From the NCBI GenBank assembly GCA_951406725.2, contig OX597816.1, positions 130,076,001-130,140,000 on the forward strand: DNA of 64,000 nt, read 5' to 3'. The notes below the pieces were generated by a model. The model saw only the letters and a program-made list of their open reading frames with translations. It was not told where the DNA came from and ran no database searches. The stretch is from Octopus vulgaris. Taxonomy: Eukaryota. A program made the position numbers and the translations under genes. Positions 1 through 10,727 of this stretch are shown here, piece by piece (position 1 is the stretch's first letter; every line of letters starts with the position of its first letter).

Positions 1-930
1 ATGATTTATGTTAAACAATTATTCATTAATCGGCATCTACAGGGAACGGTCGTGATGGAAGGGAATTCCAGAGGGGGACATAGGTGGAGTGTAACAACAA
101 TACTGGTAATGATAGTAATTATAATGATTAATTTTCATAAAGAAGAGTATAGCTGATTATTTGATTAAATCACAGTTTCTTTTTATCTTGGTGGAGGGCT
201 TGCATTGTTCAGTGTTTATGGTCACAATGTCAAGAGGAACCAGGCTGACCACAAACAGCCCCATTTCAACATCATATGCTGCAGCAATGAATTCTCAATC
301 TTCTCATGCTACAACAAACAATACATGTATACAAGCTTCAAGTGATTACTTCTTGAGAGAGAGTGCTGCTTGCTTTCCTCTTATCCACATTTTGTGAAAT
401 ACCAGAACTTGTAATTTGAAACCAGCTGTTGTTGCTTTGAGACTGACTTTTGTCATCCATAAGTAAACATAGCATCATCAGTTAAATGCAATAACTTCAG
501 TTTAAAATGGATCATTGACAATTTTTTTTTTTTTGCACCTAAATATCTTCAATTTTATTTACTCTGAGGTTATTTTAATTTATATTTAAAAAATGGTGTA
601 GTATCATCTTTCCACATTATATATTCAGACTTAAACAGCTATCTCTTGCATGCTGATATCTTTGATGTTGAGTCACTTTCTCAACTCATTAATTTTTCTT
701 GTGAGTGAATATTGCACGCATATGTCATAATCAGCTCATTCCCTTCAATTAAAGTAAGTTTAATACTACACATAACACTTCTTATTTTGGCCTCTTATTA
801 TTTGTTTTGTCGACAAGTAGCAATAGTTTTGTTATCAACAAAGATAGCAGTTTTCTAAATTTCTCTATTTCCTTTCATAACTAGAATGCCATCAGATTGT
901 CTATGCTATCAATCTAGTATTGTTTGGTTC

Positions 931-1320
931 TCTCTTTTACTTGTTTCAGTCATTTGACTGCGGCCATGCTGGAGCACCGCCTTTAGTCGAGCAAATCGAC
1001 CCCGGGACTTATTCTTTGTAAGGCCAGTACTTATTCTATCGGTCTCTTTTGCCGAACCACTAAGTGACGGGGACGTAAACACACCAGCATCGGTTGTCAA
1101 GCAATGCTAGGGGGACAAACACAAACACACATACATATATATATATGTGCATATATACGACAGGCTTCTTTCAGTTTCCGTCTACCAAATCCACTCACAA
1201 GGCATTGGTCGGCCTGGGGCTATAGCTGAAGACACTTGCCCAAGATGCCACGCAGTGGGACTGAACCCAGAACCATGTGGTTGGTTAGCAAGCTACTTAC
1301 CACACAGCCACTCCTGTGCC
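931..1320 (-). mobile_element. tRNA-derived SINE (cephalopod family), near full length
   Basis: Reverse strand reads GGCACAGGAGTGGCTGTGTGG (A box) ... GGTTCAGTCCC (B box), CORE-like GGCATCTTGGGCAAGTG, central (TA)/(CA) tract and tail CAGTCAAATGACTGAAACAAGTAAAAGAG. Nearly identical copies at 12605 and 53047. Confidence 0.9.
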
Positions 1321-1812
1321 TATGTGGTTTTTTTTGAAAATCCCTCATGGAGTGACAACCATGCAATGCATAGTTACAGATTGCACTTTGGCAAGGTATA
1401 GCTCCCATTTAGCCACCATACCAGGGATACAGCAAAGTCATGGGACTGCAGCATGGTGGATTGTGAAGAGGTAGTGGAAGAGCTGAACTGAGCCAATGGT
1501 GCTTCTTACATTGATGCTGCACAGAGGAATCCTTAGAAGATCAATGGTCAGGATCACCAAATGCTATCAAGAGAGTAACTGCAATGCATTCATAGGGGTG
1601 GCATCCATGGTTGTGTAATCAGCCAATGTAAGATTCACTATGACTCAAGTTCCCGATTCAAATTCATAATAATGGAAGCAACCAAAGAAGATTCAATCTA
1701 GTCGTAAATATCAACTAAAAATATTAAAATAAAATGTTTACTTTTTAAACACTCAATCCCTTTTTTTTTTCTTTTTTTTTTTTAATATTACATTAATTTC
1801 AATTCCTTGCAG

Positions 1813-1918
1813 AATTCACCCAGACCCAAATGATAGTGAATTTACAATTGATCAAGTAAATGAATTCATATCACAAATTGAATTATTTTACTATGAGGTT
1901 TTGAAATTAAAAATCACT
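1813..1918 (+). CDS. CENPL: Centromere protein L-like, internal coding exon (upstream exons not found in window)
   Basis: ttccttgcag| acceptor and |gtaagt donor; 106 nt; encodes IHPDPNDSEFTIDQVNEFISQIELFYYEVLKLKIT, which aligns by eye to the recalled CENP-L segment VHKTPGEVTQEEVDLFMDCLYSHFHRHFKIHLS. Confidence 0.72.
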
Positions 1919-2031
1919 GTAAGTATGCAGTTTTACAATATTTTGACCTCCTTGAATACTTTTTTTTTTTTTCCTGTAGTTTCAGCTCAGAGCTGCAACC
2001 ATACTGATGCACCACTGTTAAAGATTTATAC

Positions 2032-2104
2032 AGGTTCTGGTGAGGATTGAACTCACGACCTTCTGCATATAAAGCAGATGCGATAACCACTACACCACAG
2101 AACC
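2032..2104 (-). tRNA. tRNA-Val(TAC)-derived gene or pseudogene with anticodon TAT
   Basis: GGTTCTG TG GTG TAGTGGTTAT CGC A TCTGC TTTATAT GCAGA AGGTC GTGAG TTCAATC CTCAC CAGAACC T: complete 73-nt cloverleaf with all stems pairing. Body resembles metazoan Val-TAC tRNA. No TTTT terminator directly downstream. Confidence 0.8.
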
Positions 2105-2532
2105 TTACATCTTGGTCAACCTATGAACCTTTCAGTTGGCCTCTTGTGTGTGTGTGTGTGTGCCACAGACTTCTTTCAATTTCTATCTACCAAATCCCCT
2201 CAAAGTTTTGGTCAGCTCAAGGCTATAGCAGAAGATACTTCAGTGAGACTGAACCTGAATCCTGTAGTTGCAAAGCAAACTTCTTACCACTCACCCATGT
2301 GCATATTTTTAACATTGGAATTTAACTGAGCGGATTTGCGTGGCTGTTAGACAGATTACATCTGAATTTACTGATTACTACATAATGTTAATAATTTTCT
2401 TAGAGCAATTAAACCTACTTGCAAGTCAGGTTCACAAAGCTCTTTATTTTCCTAGCTGAGGCTTTTTCATATGTTCTTAAAAAAAAAATCTGAATATTTT
2501 CACTGCTTTGATTGATCAACTCATGAGTTTTA

Positions 2533-2883
2533 GGTACGGCTGTATGGCTAAAAAATTTATTTCCCAACTATGTAGTTTTGACTTCACTTTCAAGCATCTT
2601 CCAAGTGGATTTTGTAGATGCAAACTGAAAGAAACCCATCATATATATGTGTATGTATCTTTGTCTTGATATCACACAACAGTTGTAAATGAGCATCATC
2701 ATATAGTGCCATTTATTTCAATCTTCCCTGAAAATATATCTGGCTATGGAGAAATACTTGCTTAAAAACAGGTGTGTGTGTGGGTGACAAAAAGAGTGTC
2801 TGGCTGTACAAAATCTGTCTCAATGAGTTCTATCTCACCTATGCCAGCATGAAAAAGTGAACATTAAAACAATGATGTTGATG
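2533..2883 (+). mobile_element. Degenerate tRNA-headed SINE with RTE-derived 3' tail
   Basis: Decayed SINE head and GTGGATTTTGTAGATGCAAACTGAAAGAAACCC segment; 3' end ATGCCAGCATGAAAAAGTGAACATTAAAACAATGATG matches the RTE LINE terminus seen at 63415-63456. Confidence 0.6.
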
Positions 2884-3385
2884 TTAGTGTGTAACAGTTG
2901 CTACTCCTTTGAAATTATCACTGGCAGTATGTGTCCTAGTAAACTGCTCTTAAAGCTATCTTAAAAAGAATATATTGAGTGATATAATCTTAGAATCTTG
3001 TAAAGACTAATGCATAGAGATGTTGTATAAATAGTTTGAAAGAAGATATTTTTAATATGATATATGACCATCCATAATTAGATCCATTTTTCAAAATTGA
3101 GTTTTCCAGATTTCTAACAACAAAGTCAAGTGTTTAACAAGTTAAAACTTTTTTTAAAAATATTATCCCTCATTTTATTAAAGATTGAGCATTTCAGTTT
3201 GTTTGTACCACATTCATAAGGGTATCTCAATTCTCTTCTGGGCCAAAATTAAGTGTTGACTGTCTCAATTAGTAACTACTTTTATAGTTCCAACATATCA
3301 ATCTTTAAAACCTGTTCTTTTTCTCAGTTTATATTTTAAAATTTTTATTTGAAATAAATTGAAATGTTTTTTCTTTATTTTTTAG

Positions 3386-3448
3386 TCACTGAAATTAATC
3401 AAAATCAGGAATGCTTTGGCCTCAGTCTCTGTTAACGGAGTGTTCAAA
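3386..3448 (+). CDS. CENPL: Centromere protein L-like, penultimate coding exon
   Basis: Polypyrimidine tract + tag| acceptor, |gtaagt donor, 63 nt, phase 0-0; SLKLIKIRNALASVSVNGVFK matches recalled CENP-L ATRLVRVSTSVASAHTDGKIK. Confidence 0.72.
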
Positions 3449-3861
3449 GTAAGTTCTATTTTTTCATATTTTTCTAAAATTTTTGTTTTCTTTTTACCTT
3501 TTTCTACTTTTGTCTTTTTTTTATTTTTTTGATTGATGACAATGAAATTTAGGTCTCATGCATATAACATCATATTTTGTTTTTTTGAAAAAATTTTCTT
3601 TTCTTTTTACCTTTGTCTACATTTGTCTAGCATTTTCAGTTGATGACTATAAAATTTAAGTTTCATGTATATAAAATATACATATCTTTACTTTATTAAT
3701 ATATGCATTCATGAACAATAATTTCATAGTTGCATGTACTGAAAGAGGAGTCCAATGAGCCCATCAATGAGTCACTGCTTAAAACCATATAAACAAAATA
3801 CATCTTTCCATCAGGAAAGTTTTAGACTAAGGCAAATTGTCACATTGTCCGTGGTCTTTAA

Positions 3862-4435
3862 CCCTTAAACATTCATATTTCTCTGTCAAATGTAATGTGT
3901 ATTTATCCACATTAATTTGGTCATGCATTACCTTGTAGCTTTGAGATTTCAATGACATGATTGTTTAGTTTTAGAATAATATTTCAGGGTAAGTGCGAGA
4001 GTTTGGATCTGGCCAGTTTGAAATAAAACAAGTATATTATCTTGGCCAGATATGCCCAGTTTAAATGCTAAAGCAGTGGTTCTCAACTGGTGTCTATATG
4101 GCCCCTGAAGGTTCATGAGATTTTGGGGAGTCCATGCAACAAAATGGTAAATTGGGGACCAACAATAATATTTTAAGGGCCCCTGAAAAAAGTTTGCTTT
4201 AAATGTATGTATTGATATGTATTGCAAGAAACAGCTAAGTTTCTTTCTCCAACATTTTGCATAGTTCAACCTACACAAATGAATGTTTGAAAAACAAAAT
4301 AGGAATTTTGGAAGAAGTTTCTATAAAACTAGTTTTTTAAACATTGAATGGCTATGCAGTGATCCACCAGAATGAAATAGCAATCAAAGGGGGTTCATAT
4401 ACAAAAAAATGGTTGTGAACCTCTGTGCTAAAGGA
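3862..4435. mobile_element. piggyBac-like MITE (TTAA-flanked) interrupted by a hAT MITE
   Basis: TTAA|CCCTTAAACATT left end; right end AATGCTAAAG[insert]GA|TTAA. Uninterrupted copies at 12066-12279 and 51738-51958. Confidence 0.75.
4074..4425. mobile_element. hAT (Charlie-like) MITE
   Basis: TIRs CAGTGGTTCTCAAC / GTTGTGAACCTCTG; perfect 8-bp TSD TGCTAAAG at 4066-4073 and 4426-4433. Confidence 0.88.
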
Positions 4436-4687
4436 TTAATCATTCTTTACCAGTATCAGCTAAATCTAGTTCATACCATTCTTTCACAAATATAAATAAT
4501 ATAATTTTATTTTTCATGATAATGATTATTGATTGAGTGGGTTTTATATTGGTGTTTGTAGTGGTTTTGGTGGTGGGAGTTCTTTGTAATTACTCTGCTA
4601 AGATGATAGTTCTGTCTCAGAATTTAACCTCTCATCATTTTATTGATTATATATTATTTGTCATTTATGTATTTTGTCTAATTTCAG

Positions 4688-4774
4688 CTCTGTTCTTCAA
4701 ATCATCTTGTTCATATTCTTCGGTTATTCTGCCAGATGTCTGTAGAACAACTGAGTTTTATTTACACCATTTGA
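4688..4774 (+). CDS. CENPL: Centromere protein L-like, last coding exon
   Basis: ctaatttcag| acceptor, phase 0; LCSSNHLVHILRLFCQMSVEQLSFIYTI* parallels the recalled CENP-L terminus ILCHKYLIGVLAYLTELAIFQIE; TGA at 4772-4774. Confidence 0.7.
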   Translation, partial: LCSSNHLVHILRLFCQMSVEQLSFIYTI

Positions 4775-4863
4775 TGGAGAATATATCATTGGTTTATTGT
4801 CTGTATTATGACTTATTTTATTCCTAATCTGTATAATATTCTTTTATAAGAAATCACTATTTC

Positions 4864-4869
4864 AATAAA
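4864..4869 (+). terminator. Candidate polyadenylation signal of the CENP-L-like gene
   Basis: AATAAA 90 nt after the stop codon, followed by T-rich sequence. Confidence 0.45.
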
Positions 4870-5576
4870 ACATAATTTTTGCACTTCAAAAAAAATTTTA
4901 CAGAAACTACAAACAAAAATCAATGACTGTTTTAGTTTATTGACTTATAAATTAAGCTTGTTTTCCATATAAAACTTGAAGCAAATTACATCACTTCTAT
5001 GATGGTGATGCTTATTTATATATGTTCAGTTATGTGTATATGTATGTATATATTGTTACAAACGCAAAAAAAAAATTCAATTTAACGTTTGTGCAATGCA
5101 AATGTCATTCTGTGCATTCAAAAAGAAAAAAAAAGGAAATAAAAACATGAAGTCCTTTTTAAAGCAAAAAGAAAGAGAAAAAAAGCAAAAGCAATCGGAT
5201 AGTCCATGCTGTGAGAAAAGGAAAGAGGAAAAGAAAAGAGACTTTAAAAAGGGCACCAGATGGGGAAAACACAAGAGAACACTTGAAATGAGGAGAGGTT
5301 GGATTCATCGTTAGTGAATGTATATTGAGCATCAACTGGATTTTACTGATGATTATTTGTGTATATTTTATTCACTTGATGTCCTTTTCTGCATATATTA
5401 TAATGTGGACATTCAAAACAGGCCAGCAATATTAATAATTGTCATTTCCTTTCAGAATAACATTTGTATTGTATAATATTGTATATTTTGTGCCTTATTG
5501 TTATTGTAGTAAATTTCCAAGTAGCATTTTAATTTTAATCTGTGCATTCATTTTCTTTAAATCTTGAACGTAACAA

Positions 5577-7637
5577 TCATCATCATCGTTTAACGTCCGT
5601 TTTCCGTGCTAGCACAGGTTGGACGGTTCGACCGGGGTCTGGGAAGCCAGGAGGCAGCACCAGGCTCCAGTCTGATCTGGCAGTGTTTCTACAGCTGGAT
5701 GCCCTTCCTAATGCCAACCACTCCGCGAGTGTAATGGGTACTTTTTACGTGCCACCGGCACAGGTGCCATGGGCGTCTGGCAGCGGCCACGATCGGTTGG
5801 TGCTTTTAACGTGCCACCGGCACGGAAGCCAGTCAAGGAGGCACTGGCATCGGTCACGCTCGGATGGTGCTTTTTACATGCCACCGGCACAGAAGCCAGT
5901 CAAGGCGGCGCTGGCATCGGCCACGGTTCGGATGGTGCTTTTTATGTGCCACCGGCACAGGTATCACAACTACTATTTCCATTGATATTTATTTCGATGT
6001 TCATGTACTTGACTCAATAGGTCTCCTCAAGCACAGCGGGTTGTTCTGAAATCCAAGGTACTTTGAATGGGCAGGGGCTATGTGGAACTGGTGCAAGAAG
6101 CAGCCCGGGTCTTTGCAGTCACAGCATATCTCCAGAGATCTCGGTCCTTCGTCATTGTCTCTGTGAGGCCCAACACTCTGAGGTCATGCTTGACTACCTC
6201 ATCCCATGTCTTCCTGGGTCTACCTCTCCCCCTGATACCTTCAACTGTTTGGGAGCGGCACTTCTTCACACATCTCTCCTCATCCATCCGCAGTACATGA
6301 CCATACCATCGCAAGCGTCGCTCTTGCACACCACATCTGATGCTTCTTATGTCCAGCATTTCTCTCAGGGTGCTTACACTCTGTCGTGCGCGCGCACTGA
6401 CATTACACATCCAGCGGATCATGTTAGCTTCATTTCTTTCAAGTCTACGCATGTCCTCTGCAGTCACAGCCCATGTTTCACTACCGTGAAGCATGGCAGT
6501 TCATACACATGCATCATACAATCTACCTTTCATTCTGAGTGAGAGACCCTTTGTCGCCAGTAGGGGTAGGAGCTTTCTAAACTTTGCCCAGGCTATTCGT
6601 ATTCTAGTGGTGACACTCTCTGAGCATCCACCTCCACTACTGACTTGGTCACCCAGGTAGCGGAAACTATCAACTACTTCTAGTTTCTTCCCCTGGAGTG
6701 TGATGGAATCTGTTTTCTGAGTATCTGTGGTGTCTATTGTCCCTGTGCATCTGCCACACATGAAAGCTATCTTGTCAGTTAATTTCCCATTGATGTTGCT
6801 GCACCTCTTATGCGTCCATAGCTTACACTGGGTACATCTTATGGAGTTTCTACCTACACCTTTCCTACAGATCGAGCAGGACCACTTGCCCGAGGGTGTG
6901 TGTGCTGAGATCGCCTTTCTGCTTACTATAACTTTGGTCTTTGCTACATTTACTCTAAGGCCCTTTGATTCTAACCCTTGCTTCCACACCCAAAATTTCT
7001 TTTCTAGTTCCGGTAGGGATTCTGCTATGAGAGCCAGATCATCAGCATAGAGGAGCTCCCTTGGGCAACCTGTTTTGAATTCCTCTGTTATTGCCTGGAG
7101 GACTATGATGAATAAAAGGGGACTGAGGGCTGAACCTTGGTGTACACCTACTTCTACCCGGAATTCTTCACTATATTCGTTGCCAATCCTAACCTTGCCG
7201 ACAGCCTCTCTGTATAGGGCCTGTACTGCCCTTATTAGCCATTCGTCAATCTCCAGTTTCCGCATTGACCACCAGATAAGGGATCAGAGGACCCTGTCAA
7301 AGGCTTTCTCCAAGTCCACAAAAGCTATGTAGAGGGGTTTATCTTTTGCTAGGTACTTCTCCTGCAGTTGTCGGACCAGGAATATAGCATTAGTGGTGCT
7401 TCTACCCGGCACAAAACCGAACTGCATCTAATCTAAGCAAATTCTCTCCCTAATGAGATGGGTTATGACCCTCTCTGTGACCTTCATCACCTGATCCAAC
7501 AGTTTAATACCCTTGTAGTTATTTCTATCTAGAGCATCACCTTTACCCTTGTAGCAGTTGACTATGGTGCTGCTACGCCAGTCATTGGGTATGACTCCAT
7601 TATGAACTACCTGGTTTACAATGCGGGTGACTAGGCC
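5577..7637 (-). mobile_element. RTE-clade LINE, 5'-truncated; RT with PHD finger insert; repetitive 3'UTR and (ATG)n tail
   Basis: One frame with three nonsense codons gives RT motifs (YKGKGDALDRNNYKGIKLL, QFGFVPGRST, FVDLEKAFDRV, GVHQGSALSP, LLYADDL, FRYLG) and the RTE C-terminus (RRLRWYGHVLRM, RGRGRPRKTW). Stop at 6078; tail reads CATCATCATCG on +. Confidence 0.93.
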
Positions 7638-10600
7638 AAACAAAAAAACAGTCACTTATAAAATTTTCGAGAAAACATACAAGAAAATTACAAACGCCAC
7701 AACACAACAACTGGAAATAGCTCTGAAGCCCATTTGGGGCCAAAAGAGCTATGTGACTAAGGGGAAGCGTTTTGGAACCGTGGAGGTTCGTTTCCGAACG
7801 GAGGAGGATGCAAGGGCGCATGCCATTTCGCCCTTGCAAACCTCCAGCTATCACCAAACCAACACCAGGAAGACAACACAGAAGGAAGCAGCAACATTGT
7901 CACCAACACCAACCACTACAGCAACATCACTGTTTCCCACAAAAAATTTTTTTTTCGCCAAACTGGAAACTGTTGAAACAGAAAGACACACACAAAACAC
8001 AGGGGAAGCACGAACAAATAGTGCTTCCTCAAATCAACAACATGCACTCACAACAACAAACAACAACACTTTCGCCACCATTACTGCCACACACACAGAC
8101 ACCATTACAGCTATAAACACAAAAAATGAAGATCTTGTAACACACCTGAAACAAAACACAGACACAGCGGATAAGGACAGCATAGGGTGTCCACATTTCC
8201 ACCTAGTCAACTACATGGACCACAAATTCGTGATCTGTACAGTCAACTTAGATAGGGACCCGGCTACTGGAAGCTGAATGCGTCGTTAACGGTGTGCAAA
8301 GCCTACAGAGACCGGATTAGTTTATTAGTTAAACGGGCACTCACGGGGGCAGTCATCAACAACAACTGGTGGTTTGCCCTCAAGAGAGCAATTAGAACAG
8401 AGTCGATTAGGTTTAGTAAGGCTCTAGCTGTAGAACGTAGGAAAACGGAGCGGGAATTAGTTGGAAAACTAGATGAGGCTCTTGAGACAGGCATCGCAAC
8501 CGACGTGTTGGCGGCTAGGTTGGGCCTCGACCAACACTTTGACGCCATACACGAAGGCTGCGTTGTCAGAGCTAAGGCGCGTTCGCTAAGCGGGAAGGGG
8601 ACTAAGGCCGCTCGATGGGTCTATGTGGCGGAGGCGAAGCAGGGCAACAAAGCGACCATTCGGTCTTTGGTGGACCAGAACGGGTGCGAGGTTTCCGAGC
8701 CGAAGCAGATGTGTGCGGTGTTTCAGTGGCACTTTGCTCAACTGTTTGGGAAGAACGGTGCAGACTTCGATGTGTACCTGGACGGCGAGGCAGAGTGCTG
8801 TGAAAGGCCGATATCTGCCTGGGAAGTGGAGGAAGCGATGAAAAGCTGCACAAGAGGTAGATCGCCGGGTTTAGATGGTCTGTCCTATGAGCTTTACATT
8901 TCAATGCCTGACTTGTTTGCAGGCCTCTTGGCAAACGTTTACTGCAACTGGCAGCAAAACGGGAGAATTCCTGCATTTGTCTGTCGAGGAGTGGTGGCCT
9001 TGCTGAGAAAGGACCCAAACAATGGGGACATTATAGGCAACTTTCGGCCCATCACTCTGCTCAATGCAGAGCTGAAGATTTTGGCTAAGGTGTTAGCCAA
9101 GAGATTGGCGCTTGTCGTGGGCAGGCTGGTTGGCAAGGCGCAGACATGCGCTGTGCTGACCAGGTCAATACACGACAACCTCCATCTCATGCGCTACACC
9201 ATAGAGAGGGTGGGTAACAACACTGGCGTGGGTGGGGCTTTGATCAATTTAGATCAGAGTAAAACCTTCGATAGGGTCGACCATCGATACCTGGCAGCTG
9301 TTCTCAAGGCAGCCAGCTTCGGTCCAGTCTTCCACGGGTGGATCGCTGCTTTATACAACATCTGCTCGGTAATTATACAACAACATCTGAACGGTCACCT
9401 TTCAGAGCCATTTGACATCTTGCGTTTGGTCCGCCAAGGATGCCATCTCTCCTACCTCTTGTACGTATTGACTCTCGAGCCATTACTGCGCAAGTTGGAA
9501 GCTTTGAGGGGGTATCCTGCGCGATCTAGGAGGTGGAAACAGCATGTCTGCCTATGCCAACGACGTCACCGTGATGGTGTCGAGCCATGGGCACATTGAC
9601 CTGATTGGCATGACGCTAAATGAATACGAAGCGGTGACAGGAGCAAAAATTAACGCGGAAAAGTCTGTGAGCTTTCAACTAGACACCTGGAGAGGCAAGT
9701 CCATGCCGTCCAACAGCGTCATAGGGCACTGGACAGACGGACCCGTTAAACTGCTCGGGGTCTGGTTCGGTCCGGACCTCCAGGTGGATAAAAACTGGCA
9801 AGAAGTGACGAGCAGGGTGGCCAATCTCACCTAGAAATGGGCCGAGAAGAAGCTGTCCCTGAAAGGTCGAGCGGAGGTGGCGAATGCGTACATCGCATCC
9901 GTCATCTATTACCGCTTGACCGTCGTCCCTTGTCCCAACCGCTGGTTGGCCAAGCGGGCAATGCGATCGGTAGTAGTTCCACTCTAGCGTTCTATAGAGG
10001 GTTAGTGGAAGAAAAGTGCGACGACGTTCTCGGGGAAACTAGGCGTTGACGATAACGAGTTGAGCAGTCTGTTCGGAGGGACTTTTGGGCTGGGGCCAAT
10101 GGATAATTTCCAGAGGTCCCTCGCCTGGCAGTGTTACCGAGGGGCTCTGCCTGTTCGGGATAAACTCCACCGGCACGGAAGTGCCGTCAGCCGGACCTGT
10201 CCAAGGTGCTGCCAGGATGACAAAACCGTTCTGCACGCACTCGTCCAGTGTCTGAGTATTGCTGAACTATGGGTTTATGTCGAACAGCTACTGTCACGTA
10301 TAGGACGGATCCGGCTATCAGCTGAATCCATAGTGAAGATTGCCCCACCGACCTCCTTTAACTGGGAGGGCAAGGCAGTTTTCCTTTGCCTAGTGGCTGT
10401 AGCGAAAGAAGTGGTATGGTGGACCCGTTTGAAAGGGCTAAGGTCAGACACTTTCCTCTTTGGCCCAGGCCTCATCAACTTTTTCAAGTTTCACTTGAAA
10501 AGGAAGATGAGAGTAGAGAGGAAGTGCTGTCCGATAGCAAGTTTGCTGAAAGGTGGATAAATGTCGCAAGAATGGCTAGTATGAAAGGAGCCATTCTGAG

Positions 10601-10720
10601 GTTGCACTTGTGATTTAAAAAGGTAATATAAAAGGAGAAAGGGGCTCTCTACCCACTTGTGACCAGGCTCCCGTTGGCTTTTATGGGTTTTTCCACCAGG
10701 AACCTTTTGTAACGCCTCCT
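7637..10720 (+). mobile_element. Tx1/L1-clade LINE remnant (ORF1-like RRM fragment plus frameshifted, internally deleted ORF2)
   Basis: ORF1-like KGKRFGTVEVRFRTEEDA; end of APE domain (DHKFV) then GPGYWKLNASL; RT motifs RSPGLDGL, NFRPITLLNAELKILAKVLAKRL, LDQSKTFDRVDH, VRQGC, YANDV; zf-RVT CPRC..TVLHALVQC; stop at 10611-10613. Confidence 0.9.
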
Positions 10721-10727
10721 ATTGGGA

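Noticed and set aside
630-753. Possible extra CENP-L exon ending at AAA|gtaagt
   Set aside because: The required phase has a TAA a few codons upstream and shows no CENP-L similarity.
909-1408. Short ORFs recurring at 12586 and 52993
   Set aside because: Chance translations of SINE copies.
5096-5314. Lysine-rich 72-aa ORF
   Set aside because: Arises from low-complexity A-rich DNA; no splice or domain support.
5730-5965. CRISPR-like repeat-spacer appearance
   Set aside because: The spacers are homologous to each other, the array lies in a LINE 3'UTR, and the DNA is eukaryotic with no cas genes.
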